Shown here: positions 9,988 through 19,198 of the stretch, one piece after another
How positions within the stretch are numbered: the stretch's first letter is position 1
How the letters are laid out: every line of letters starts with the position of its first letter
NCBI GenBank assembly: GCA_963809485.1
Contig: CAWEJX010000020.1
Span: 736,001-800,000, forward strand
Reading direction: 5' to 3'
Length of the DNA stretch: 64,000 bases
Origin: an uncultured Acidobacteriota bacterium
GTDB taxonomy: Bacteria > Acidobacteriota > UBA6911
The notes under the pieces: model-generated
Seen by the model: only the letters and a program-made list of their open reading frames with translations
Told to the model about the DNA's origin: nothing
The model's database searches: none
Position numbers and translations under genes: made by a program

Positions 9988-11424
9988 ATGGTTACTCGGG
10001 CGCTTCTGACGGATCTGTATGAATTGACGATGGCAGCCGGTTATCTGGAGCAGGGGAAGGCATCGGACACGGCGACCTTTGACCTCTATTACCGGCACAA
10101 TCCCTTTAAAGGAGGCTTTGGCATCGCTGCGGGTCTGGAGGATGCGGTCCGGGCCGTCGTGGATGCGAGGTTCGGCGAGGAAGATATCCGTTTTCTGCGC
10201 TCGCTCAAGTCTGCGTCCGGCTCGCCCACGTTTCCGGAAAAATTTCTGAACTATCTTTCCCTTTACGCGTTCAGCGGCACTATAAGGGCGATCCCTGAAG
10301 GGACGGTGGTTTTTCCCAACGAACCCCTATTGCAGGTCAGCGGAAACCTCATCGATTGCCAGCTGGTAGAAACAATCCTGCTTTGCCACATCAATTTTCA
10401 GACGCTGGTGGCCACCAAAGCCGCCCGCATCTGGGAGGCAGCCAATCACGGCGCCGTCATTGAATTCGGTTTGCGGCGCGCCCAGGGGCCCGATGGAGCC
10501 TTAAGCGCCTGCAGGGCTGCGTTTATCGGGGGAGCCGACGGCACATCGAACGTGCTGGGGGCTGCAATGCTGAAAATGCCGGCCAGGGGCACTCATGCAC
10601 ATAGCTGGATCCAGTCCTACGGTTCGGAGATTGAATCTTTTCGCGCTTACGCACGATCGTTTCCGGACGAGTGCATTCTCCTCGTGGACACCTATGACAC
10701 ACTCAAAAGCGGAGTCCCCAACGCCATAAGGATCGGCAAAGAACTCGAGCAGCAGGGGCACCGGCTGGTCGGCATACGCATCGACAGCGGGGATCTGGCT
10801 TTCCTGAGCCAGAAGGCCCGGGAGATGCTCGACCGGGAAGGTCTGCATTACGTCAATATCGTGGCCTCGAACGAACTCGATGAATACATCATTGCCGACA
10901 TCCTCTCACAGGGCGGCAAAGTCGACATCTGGGGAGTCGGGACAAACCTGGTAACGGGATCGGGCGCCGGCGGCGGAGCTCTTGGCGGAATATATAAAAT
11001 GGTGCAGCACAATGGGCGGCCTAAAATCAAACTGAGCGCCAACCCTGAGAAAATGACCAACCCCGGCAACAAGAAAATCATCCGGTTTTACAACGGCGAC
11101 GGATTGATGGACGCGGATGCTCTGGCCGATGAATCCGAAGATCTGAATGTCCACGAGATTCTCATCGTCGATCCCAACAATCCCTTGCGCCGCAAGAGGC
11201 TCAATTCGGGAACCCGGGTTGAACTGCTGAGGACCGTTGTGGAACGCGGACAAATCGTCTATGAATTCCCGCCGCTTGAGCAGATCCGCAGCTATCGCAA
11301 AGAACAGCTTGCACAGCTCCACGAAAGCTACAAAAGGCTGCACAATCCCCACGAATACAAGGTAGGCTTGTCTCACAAACTGTGGCAGATGAAGGAGCAG
11401 ATGCTGAACCAGGAAACCGTTTAA
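9988..11424 (+). CDS. pncB: nicotinate phosphoribosyltransferase
   Basis: LLTDLYELTM, EFGLRRAQG, GTHAHSW, LVDTYD and IRIDSGDL motifs. Confidence 0.96.
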   Translation: MVTRALLTDLYELTMAAGYLEQGKASDTATFDLYYRHNPFKGGFGIAAGLEDAVRAVVDARFGEEDIRFLRSLKSASGSPTFPEKFLNYLSLYAFSGTIRAIPEGTVVFPNEPLLQVSGNLIDCQLVETILLCHINFQTLVATKAARIWEAANHGAVIEFGLRRAQGPDGALSACRAAFIGGADGTSNVLGAAMLKMPARGTHAHSWIQSYGSEIESFRAYARSFPDECILLVDTYDTLKSGVPNAIRIGKELEQQGHRLVGIRIDSGDLAFLSQKAREMLDREGLHYVNIVASNELDEYIIADILSQGGKVDIWGVGTNLVTGSGAGGGALGGIYKMVQHNGRPKIKLSANPEKMTNPGNKKIIRFYNGDGLMDADALADESEDLNVHEILIVDPNNPLRRKRLNSGTRVELLRTVVERGQIVYEFPPLEQIRSYRKEQLAQLHESYKRLHNPHEYKVGLSHKLWQMKEQMLNQETV

Positions 11425-11545
11425 TTGAAGCAGAGTGAGTTGGAAGGAGTCCGGAGTTTCCCTGCTTCTTCTCGAATCCGGTTTCCGACCCGAAAGATTC
11501 AGGGCGGTTTCATAAGCTCCCGCGGAGGAATTGTCGGCGGGGAAA

Positions 11546-12328
11546 CTATCGATCGGGAGTTTTGTCCAGGATTTTGCCGGTCATGGGAACGAATCGGACG
11601 GGAATAGTGGAACGGCTGGTAACCCCGGATTTTTGCTTTTCGAAAATCACCAATTCCTGCTCCAAAACACCGACGGGAACGATCATGCGGCCTCCCACCT
11701 TGAGCTGATCTATCAAGGGCTGGGGGACTGCTTCGGGCGCTGCCGTCACAATAATCCGGTCAAACGGGGCTTGCTCGGGCCATCCCATATACCCGTCGCC
11801 CGTCCGGATATGAATATTCCGGTAGCCCAGCCTGGTCAGAATCGTCTCCGCATATTCGCTGAGTTCGGGAAGGATTTCGACGGAATAGACTTCGGGAGCT
11901 ATTTCCGCAAGGACAGCCGCCTGGTATCCCGAGCCGGTGCCTATTTCCAGGACGCGCTCCGTCCCGCTCAGTTCGAGCGCCTGGGTCATATACGCGACGA
12001 TATAAGGCTGCGAGATGGTTTGTCCCAGCTTTAGCGGGAGTGCGTTGTCGCTATAGGAGGATTCCCTGAATTCAGAGGGAACGAATTCATGCCGAAGCAC
12101 CTTGAGCATGGCTGCAAGTACGCGGGCGTCCCTGATATCGCGTCCCTGAAGCTGCTCGCGGACCATACGTTCCCGGAGGCGGCCGAAATCAGTAGCCTGG
12201 GAAACGGAGGTTTCGGGCGGCCCTTTTTGTGCTACCGGGTGCCAGTTCGTGGTGCATCCTCCCAGAATCATTGGAAAAATTGGATGAATCAGGAGAACAG
12301 TTGCCAATTTTCCAAGGCTCAGCCACAT
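11546..12328 (-). CDS. pcm: protein-L-isoaspartate O-methyltransferase with an N-terminal hydrophobic/lipoprotein-like leader
   Basis: QTISQPYIVA, VLEIGTGSGYQAA, GWPEQAPFDRIIVTAA and VRFVPM motifs. Confidence 0.94.
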   Translation of the reverse strand: MWLSLGKLATVLLIHPIFPMILGGCTTNWHPVAQKGPPETSVSQATDFGRLRERMVREQLQGRDIRDARVLAAMLKVLRHEFVPSEFRESSYSDNALPLKLGQTISQPYIVAYMTQALELSGTERVLEIGTGSGYQAAVLAEIAPEVYSVEILPELSEYAETILTRLGYRNIHIRTGDGYMGWPEQAPFDRIIVTAAPEAVPQPLIDQLKVGGRMIVPVGVLEQELVIFEKQKSGVTSRSTIPVRFVPMTGKILDKTPDR

Positions 12329-12622
12329 GTCGCACCTTGACCTTTCATTAGTTTAACGCTCCGCCCATCACGATTTCAACTCAACCCCGACGCGCAAATT
12401 CCCGCGTTGGATGGAATCCGCACCCGGAAACCGGCGATCCTCGAAACCCGCGCGCATGCTGGGTGCATACGCGGAACCGCCTTCCCGCGGATTGATAGAA
12501 TTATATCACCTGGCAGATTCGGGCTAACACCCTGTCAAGGCCCGAGCGCGGGAGCCGCCCCGCTGCCGGTTTCACACAGATATTCCATGGTGGTACACTA
12601 AAATGGACGGGCGGAGGAGCCC

Positions 12623-12919
12623 ATGATTTTTTCAATGGATATCTGGCTGCTGCCGGCCATTGCGGCAGCTTCCTCGTCCTATCTTGTCTGCCTGGGCTGG
12701 GAGCGCATCAAAAGCAACAGCGCGCCGGACGGATTGCTGGCCGCTTTTCTCGCAGCCCTGAGTTTCCTCATGGGCGCCATCTGTGCCTATTACCGCTATC
12801 ACCTGTATGCGCCGACACTCGAGGGCAATGTGATCGTGATGTTTGTGGCCGGCGCCACTGCAACCTATTTCTGGCTGCTTTTGCGAAGGTATTTACCCGG
12901 TTACAGGGGCCGGGAATGA
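12623..12919 (+). CDS. small membrane protein (about 3 TM helices)
   Basis: GGAG RBS; three hydrophobic segments. Confidence 0.6.
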   Translation: MIFSMDIWLLPAIAAASSSYLVCLGWERIKSNSAPDGLLAAFLAALSFLMGAICAYYRYHLYAPTLEGNVIVMFVAGATATYFWLLLRRYLPGYRGRE

Positions 12920-13244
12920 TCCTGTTTTCCAGGGTTTGAGTGTGGCGCGCGGGGCGCTGCCGGTTCAGGCGGTCCCCTCACCCGTGTTTATCCAACCGAG
13001 CGCTTCTCCGCCTGGCCTTGACGTCCCGCGCATAAAGAAAGGAGAGGAAGACTGATTTCCCCTCCATGAGCATATCTATACGATGCTGAACTACATATCG
13101 GCCGGCGTCCGGGAACATTTAGCGGCTTTTTGTCCGAAGTATTTTGCGGTTTGCATACTATAATGCAGGGGTGAATTGTTTTCATGCTGCATATAAAGTG
13201 CTTCTGCGGGATGATGCCCTATACAGAGGAAAGGATATATTTCA

Positions 13245-13514
13245 ATGCCCAGTGATCGTTATAGAATATTGGAATTAGCCCTGGAATCCCTGGAGATCAA
13301 GAAAAAACAGATCGACGCGGAGATTACCGAAATAAACCGTGAGCTTCGCGGGAAACCCGCCAGGAAAGCGCCGCTCACGGTTCAGGCCGCGGGCAATCAG
13401 GCGCCGGCCGCAAGAAAACAGGCGCGCTTTTCGAAGGAAGAACGGATGCGGCGATCGCAGAGGATGAAAGCCTATTGGGACAGCTGGCGCAAGAAAAAAT
13501 CACACGCAAAATAA
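13245..13514 (+). CDS. small basic coiled-coil protein, hypothetical
   Basis: AAGGA RBS; N-terminal heptad pattern and basic C-terminal helix (SKEERMRRSQRMKAYW). Confidence 0.7.
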   Translation: MPSDRYRILELALESLEIKKKQIDAEITEINRELRGKPARKAPLTVQAAGNQAPAARKQARFSKEERMRRSQRMKAYWDSWRKKKSHAK

Positions 13515-13614
13515 CTCACGGAAGATCCGGAGGCGGGGCGAGGTTATACTGCTTCCGGATCTTCATTCCTATAAGTTCCCGTACCGGAATGAAACACCCG
13601 ACCGAGGTTTATAC

Positions 13615-14211
13615 ATGTCCTTCACAAAAAAACAGCTGCTGCCGGGAGAAAAGCTTGTAGTCCTTGCGCACCAGCATGTCCTGGTGTTGTTTTGGCCTGT
13701 TTTTCTGAACCTTATGGCGCTGGCGATTCTCCTCGCGCTGGCGATTATGTTCCAGCCATGGTGGATAGCCCTTTATGTTGCGCCCTTGGCATATCTCCTT
13801 TGGGCATGGATGACCTGGCGCCGGAGGGAGTACATCCTGACGAGCCGGCGCGTGGTAAAACAGGAGGGTGTGTTCGCCGTTTCCTCTTTTGACGCGACCC
13901 TGGACAAGATAAACAACGTGTTCCATCAGCAAAGCCTCATGGGCAGGCTGCTGAAGTACGGGAATGTCGGGCTGGAAACAGCGAGCGAAAAAGGCACGAC
14001 GATATTCAATTTCCTCTCCCGGCCCATCGAATTCAAAAACAGTATTGTGCGCCAGAGAGAATTGTATAAAACCGAGGCCGCCTCCGCGTATGCATCTCCC
14101 CCGACCAATATTCCCCAGCTTTTGGAGGATCTGGCCGCACTGAGGGACCGAAACATCATCACCTCCGCCGAATTCGAGGAGAAGAAAAAAGCTCTTCTCG
14201 AAAAGCTCTGA
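13615..14211 (+). CDS. membrane protein with bacterial PH (bPH_2) and SHOCT domains
   Basis: Two TM helices, Y.LT.RR, QS..GRLL.YG.V, and C-terminal L..LRDRNIITSAEFEEKK..LL. Confidence 0.85.
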   Translation: MSFTKKQLLPGEKLVVLAHQHVLVLFWPVFLNLMALAILLALAIMFQPWWIALYVAPLAYLLWAWMTWRRREYILTSRRVVKQEGVFAVSSFDATLDKINNVFHQQSLMGRLLKYGNVGLETASEKGTTIFNFLSRPIEFKNSIVRQRELYKTEAASAYASPPTNIPQLLEDLAALRDRNIITSAEFEEKKKALLEKL

Positions 14212-14495
14212 ACCCGCATACAGCTCCGGGCCGCCCGTACGAATGTTAAAGGCGCCGCCTCGGGCTTATCCATGGGGAGGTCTGCCGGCATTGCCGGTGA
14301 GGCCGCATCCGTCGGTCGAAAATCCCAGCCTGCCCTTTCCACGGGATTCTGACCGCAACCAGGAAGTGGGGCGCCGCGAAACATTGAATATCGATTGGGG
14401 AACCGCAAAAGACAGGGCAAAGCCGCAGAATATCCTGAACATTTGTCGCGCGCTGCATGTTTACTTGAACCCATCAGGCTGGTACTCTGATTGGC

Positions 14496-15080
14496 ATGCT
14501 CCGATGGCGAGGATGGAGAACGCGCTCAACGGTTGCCGCACTGGGCATCATCTTTCTTACCGCGGCGGCAGGAATGGTCTGGATCGAGCACCACACCTCC
14601 CGTTATGACGCCCTTATCCGGAAGGCGGCCACGCGCAATGGAGTGGATTTCTACCTGGTAAAGGCGCTGATTTTCGAGGAGAGCTGGTTCCGACCCGATA
14701 TTCGGGGATCGGCAGGGGAGCAGGGGCTCATGCAGATAACGGCGGCCGCTGCGGCCGATTATTCCGCCACGAAAGGCTTTCCCGCTTACGAGCAGGTGCG
14801 CCTCCTGGAACCCGAACTGAATGTCGAGATCGGCTGCTGGTATCTCCGGCAATCCCTGAATCACTATCGAGACTCGCCGCAACCCGTGCTTTTCGCGCTG
14901 TTACGCTACAACGCCGGCGAATCACGGGCAGACAACTGGCTGCGAAAGGCGCTCTCCGCATCACGGCCCGAGGGAGTGCCCGCGGAACATCACTACCTCT
15001 CTTTCGTGGACTTCCCGAAAACCCGCGCCTACGCCCGCCGGATTCTCAATCGGTCTCAGACGCGCAATTTCTGGTATTGA
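14496..15080 (+). CDS. lytic transglycosylase (SLT domain)
   Basis: A.I..ES.F, GLMQI, N...G..YL and YNAG motifs; N-terminal membrane anchor. Confidence 0.9.
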   Translation: MLRWRGWRTRSTVAALGIIFLTAAAGMVWIEHHTSRYDALIRKAATRNGVDFYLVKALIFEESWFRPDIRGSAGEQGLMQITAAAAADYSATKGFPAYEQVRLLEPELNVEIGCWYLRQSLNHYRDSPQPVLFALLRYNAGESRADNWLRKALSASRPEGVPAEHHYLSFVDFPKTRAYARRILNRSQTRNFWY

Positions 15081-15171
15081 CAGCAGTTATACTCACGCTT
15101 AGTATAAGATCGTTGGCCGGCGGAGGCGGGCCAGTTTTTTTAGCGCCTCCATATACTCATTATGAGTATAA
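15077..15171 (+). promoter_or_regulatory. nadA promoter with two 21-bp palindromic NadQ/NrtR-type operators
   Basis: TTGACA(15077)-N17-TAGTAT(15100); TTATACTCACGCTTAGTATAA at 15087-15107 and ATATACTCATTATGAGTATAA at 15151-15171. Confidence 0.8.
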
Positions 15172-15188
15172 TAGCGGAGGGTACCTGG

Positions 15189-16235
15189 GTGGCGGATATT
15201 TCGAAAGGCTCCGGGGAGGCGGTTGCCGGCGCTCCGGAAACAGTTGAAGCAATAGGGCTTATTTACAGGCGCTTAGGCAATGTCATGCCGGAAAGCGAGT
15301 GGGCGGCCCATGCGCCCTATGTGGCTGCCATACGCGAACTCAAGGCCGCGCGCAGGGCCGTAATACTGGCCCACACCTACCAGACGCCGGAAATTTTCTA
15401 CGGGGTCGCGGACCTGACCGGCGACTCTCTCGCCCTGGCGCGTGAGGCGGCGAAAACCGATGCGGATGTGATCCTGATGTGCGGCGTGCACTTCATGGCG
15501 GAGACCGCCAAACTGCTGAATCCGACCAAAACAGTGCTGATCCCCGACCTGGAAGCCGGATGCTCCCTGGCATCCTCCATCACGGCCGAGGATGTCCGCC
15601 TGCTTCGCCGTCAATATCCCGGAGTCCCTGTCGTGACCTATGTCAACACGTCCGCGGCAGTCAAGGCCGAATCCGACATCTGCTGCACGTCTGCAAACGC
15701 CGTCGAGGTGGTCGAATCGCTGGGCGCGGACCGGGTCCTTTTCCTGCCCGACGAGTACCTGGGGCGGTATGTCGCGGGGAAAACCCGCGTGGAGGTCATC
15801 CCCTGGAAGGGCCACTGCGAGGTCCATGAAAAGTTCACGGCGGCGGAGCTCAGGGCATATCGGGAAAAATTCAGCGGCATAGTAATTTTCGCGCATCCCG
15901 AGTGCCCTCCGGATGTGCTGGCGGAAGCCGATTTCGTGGGATCCACGGCCGGCATGAGCCGTGAAATTGCGCGCAGCAAACCGCAGCGGGTTTTGATAGT
16001 CACCGAGTGCTCCATGAGCGATAATGTTGCCGTGGAATTTCCTGAAATTGAATTTGTCCGTCCCTGCAACCATTGCCCGCACATGAAGCGGATCACGTTG
16101 CCCAAAATCCTCGATTCCCTGCAGAACCTGAAATATGTCGTGGATGTGGATCCTCGTGTTGCCCAACGTGCGCAGCTTGCCGTGCGGCGAATGCTGGATC
16201 CGGCGCCGCAACCTCTTCGAAAAAATGCCCAATAA
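15189..16235 (+). CDS. nadA: quinolinate synthase
   Basis: [37 protein letters not shown] and C.HMK motifs; GTG start after GGAGG. Confidence 0.96.
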   Translation: MADISKGSGEAVAGAPETVEAIGLIYRRLGNVMPESEWAAHAPYVAAIRELKAARRAVILAHTYQTPEIFYGVADLTGDSLALAREAAKTDADVILMCGVHFMAETAKLLNPTKTVLIPDLEAGCSLASSITAEDVRLLRRQYPGVPVVTYVNTSAAVKAESDICCTSANAVEVVESLGADRVLFLPDEYLGRYVAGKTRVEVIPWKGHCEVHEKFTAAELRAYREKFSGIVIFAHPECPPDVLAEADFVGSTAGMSREIARSKPQRVLIVTECSMSDNVAVEFPEIEFVRPCNHCPHMKRITLPKILDSLQNLKYVVDVDPRVAQRAQLAVRRMLDPAPQPLRKNAQ

Positions 16236-17112
16236 CAGCAAAAATCACAAAATCGAACCGCTTCTGCAGCTCTACCCCCTGCTCTACGACGAATCCGTGC
16301 GCCGAGCCCTTTTGGAGGACCTGGGCGGGGCCGGGGACGCGACCACGGACGCAATCGTCTCTCCCGAAGATACCGCCACCGCGATGATCGTGGCGCGCGC
16401 GCCCGGCCGGATTGCCGGCGTGGAGGTAGCCGGCCACGCCTTTCGGTGCCTCGGGCCGGCCTTGAGCTTCGAAATATGCCTCGCCGACGGGAAGGATGCA
16501 GGATCGGGGGACATCATTGCCGTCGTTCAGGGCGCAGCGCGTCCCATTCTTTCGGCCGAAAGAACCGCCCTGAATTTTCTCATGCATCTTTCGGGCATTG
16601 CCACTGCGACGCGCGACATTGTCGCCCTGGCATCCCCCTACCCTGCCCGCGTGGTTTGTACCCGGAAAACGACTCCGGGACTCCGTTCCCTCGAGAAATA
16701 TGCCGTGCGGGCCGGCGGCGGCTCGAATCACCGTTTCGGGCTGGACGATGCCATACTGATCAAGGACAATCATCTGCTGGCCGCAGGCGGAGTGGTGGAA
16801 TCCATACAAAGGGTTCGCCGGCGCGCCGGGCACATGGTGAAGGTCGAAGTGGAAGTCGACACTCTGGAACAGCTCGATGCAGCTCTGAAGGAGGGAGTCG
16901 ACGCGGTGCTTCTCGACAACATGCCGATTGACATGATGGCCAAGGCGGTGCGGTTGACCCGGAAAAGAGCCCTCACGGAAGCCTCCGGGGGCGTTACGGC
17001 TGAGACCGTAACCGCCATCGCCGCCACGGGAGTCGACCTGATTTCCATCGGGTGGATCACACACAGTGCGCCCGTGATGGATATCTCCCTGGATTTTGCC
17101 CTTAAAATTTGA
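16225..17112 (+). CDS. nadC: nicotinate-nucleotide pyrophosphorylase (carboxylating)
   Basis: [37 protein letters not shown] and EASGG motifs. Confidence 0.96.
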   Translation: MPNNSKNHKIEPLLQLYPLLYDESVRRALLEDLGGAGDATTDAIVSPEDTATAMIVARAPGRIAGVEVAGHAFRCLGPALSFEICLADGKDAGSGDIIAVVQGAARPILSAERTALNFLMHLSGIATATRDIVALASPYPARVVCTRKTTPGLRSLEKYAVRAGGGSNHRFGLDDAILIKDNHLLAAGGVVESIQRVRRRAGHMVKVEVEVDTLEQLDAALKEGVDAVLLDNMPIDMMAKAVRLTRKRALTEASGGVTAETVTAIAATGVDLISIGWITHSAPVMDISLDFALKI

Positions 17113-17411
17113 CCGGATATCACGGTTTCCGTCATAGCGGCGCATCCGGGCATGTTTCTTTGAGACCTGAAATCTGCATCCCTTAACGTGCCGTCACCAG
17201 GGAGTTTTCTCCGGCTACCGGCGAGGGAGACACGCCGCAGGGCCCTCCCTGCGGCTACGGAAGCAACGGATCCCCTCCGCTCACACCAGACCCATCCCGA
17301 CCGGCACGTTCCTGCAAACGAATTTCGATTTTGCAGATGTACGCCCCGGAATGATATAAATTAGGATTGAAATTTGTTTTATAGGGAGCATCTTTAAACC
17401 AGGTAGAATCC

Positions 17412-19088
17412 ATGGGGCGAGCGTTTTCAGGAATTGAACGGAGGACTCAGTACCGGCGACCCGAGGAAAGGCCGTTTACGGCCGAAGAGCGCCAGAATGT
17501 TACAATACTTGTTGGCGGCCTCACCCGGAAGCACGAAGAGTTCATCCGGGCTGTTTTCCAGGGAAGCGGATACCGCTGCGAGCTTCTTCCCGTACCCGAT
17601 CAGACGGCATTTCATCTCGGCAAGGAATTCGGCAACAACGGCCAATGCAGTCCGGCCTACTTCACATCGGGCGCCTTGATTCAGTATCTCAGAGAGCTGG
17701 AAGCCGAGGGGCTTTCCCGGCAGGAAATAGTCGACAACTATCTTTACTTCACGGCAGGCTCCTGCGGTCCCTGCCGGTTCGGCATGTACGCCGCCGAATA
17801 CCGGCTGGCCCTGCAGAACGCCGGCTTCGACGGCTTTCGTGTTCTCAGGTTTCAACAGGACGAGGGCATCCGGCAGAAGACGGAAGCGCCGGGTTTGAAG
17901 TACACCATCGATTTCGGGCTGGGAATGCTCAAGGTTCTTTTCCTGGGAGATGTGCTGAACGATTTGACCTGCGGGATACGGGCCTATGAGGTTAATCCCG
18001 GCGAAACCGACCGGGTTATGGATCTCTGCGTTCAGGACCTCTGCGACCACCTGCGCGAATACAAAGCTCCCGAACTGTCTGCCGTAACACCCGGCTGGGT
18101 TACGGCGCAGCTGGCCGAGAGAAATTTTCTCCGGGGTTTGCTCAGCTTCCTGTACAAAATGAGGCTGCATTTGCGCGGCAAGGAGTTTCAGGAAGTGCTG
18201 GAAAGGTGCCGCAAGCGCATCGACGGGATTGCGGTGGATCGCCTGAAACTGAAGCCATCCGTAAAAATCATCGGCGAATTCTGGGCTCAGACTACGGAAA
18301 GCGGCGGGAACTACCGCATGTTCGATTTCCTGGAGCGCGAAGGTGCGCAGGTCCAGCCTGAAGCCATAGGAACCTGGATCGCCTATCTTCTGGCGCATGC
18401 GCGGATGCAGGCATACCCGCGCCGCGGAATGGATTCGCAATGCCGGGAACCTGCGCGCTGGGATGTGCGCCAGCGATGGCGCAATGAGCTGGGCTTCCAG
18501 AAAAAGCGCGCCCTGCTTATTCTCGGCGAACGCCTGTATTCCGGCTTGTACCATCAGGTCATAAAATCGCTGGGGGAAACCGCACACAATCTGGTGCCTC
18601 AGGACAAGCTCGCGCAGCTGGCGAATCCCTTCTACAAACCGCTGGCACGCGGCGGCGAAGGATACCTCGAGGTCGGCAAGAACATCTACTATCACACCAA
18701 CAAGCTTTGCCATATGGTTTTGAGCCTGAAGCCCTTCGGATGCCTTCCCTCCTCGCAGTCCGACGGGATCCAGTCTGCCGTTATCAGTAAGTTCAAAGAT
18801 ATGATCTATCTCCCGATCGAGACTTCCGGTGAGGGCGAGATCAATGCCCTGAGCCGGGTTCAAATGGCGCTGGGAGAAGCCAAAGCGAAGGCAAAATCGG
18901 AGTTCCAGGAAGCCTTGGCAAGCACGGGAAGGTCCCTGGGGGACATTCGAGCTTTCGCCGCCCGTAATTCTGACCTGAGCAGACCGCTGTATCGGGTCCC
19001 GCATCGCCCGGGGGTAGCCGGAGTCGCGGCAAACTTCGTCCTTCATGTGAACGACCTGATGGCCGGGCGCAGAGTTTTCGAGTCATAG
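17412..19088 (+). CDS. 2-hydroxyacyl-CoA dehydratase-like / activase partner protein
   Basis: GNNGQCSPAYF, GSCGPCRFGMY, IIGEF and LKPFGCLPS motifs; upstream of the activase. Confidence 0.8.
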   Translation: MGRAFSGIERRTQYRRPEERPFTAEERQNVTILVGGLTRKHEEFIRAVFQGSGYRCELLPVPDQTAFHLGKEFGNNGQCSPAYFTSGALIQYLRELEAEGLSRQEIVDNYLYFTAGSCGPCRFGMYAAEYRLALQNAGFDGFRVLRFQQDEGIRQKTEAPGLKYTIDFGLGMLKVLFLGDVLNDLTCGIRAYEVNPGETDRVMDLCVQDLCDHLREYKAPELSAVTPGWVTAQLAERNFLRGLLSFLYKMRLHLRGKEFQEVLERCRKRIDGIAVDRLKLKPSVKIIGEFWAQTTESGGNYRMFDFLEREGAQVQPEAIGTWIAYLLAHARMQAYPRRGMDSQCREPARWDVRQRWRNELGFQKKRALLILGERLYSGLYHQVIKSLGETAHNLVPQDKLAQLANPFYKPLARGGEGYLEVGKNIYYHTNKLCHMVLSLKPFGCLPSSQSDGIQSAVISKFKDMIYLPIETSGEGEINALSRVQMALGEAKAKAKSEFQEALASTGRSLGDIRAFAARNSDLSRPLYRVPHRPGVAGVAANFVLHVNDLMAGRRVFES

Positions 19089-19198
19089 TTTTTGATTCGA
19101 GATTCGAGATTCGAAATTAGCGAACCAATCCTCCAATTGCCAAACTCCAATTTCGGATCTCCCGTCTCGAACCTCGAATCCAAGGATCGGTGAATTGA

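Noticed and set aside
17189-17308. Structured element after nadC (CCGCAGGG/CCCTGCGG hairpin, GTGCCG/CGGCAC flanks)
   Set aside because: Single copy in the window, and short GC-rich stems are expected by chance; at most a terminator or REP-like hairpin
17427-19046. 539-aa minus-strand ORF and similar long antisense ORFs
   Set aside because: Shadows of well-supported genes on the opposite strand
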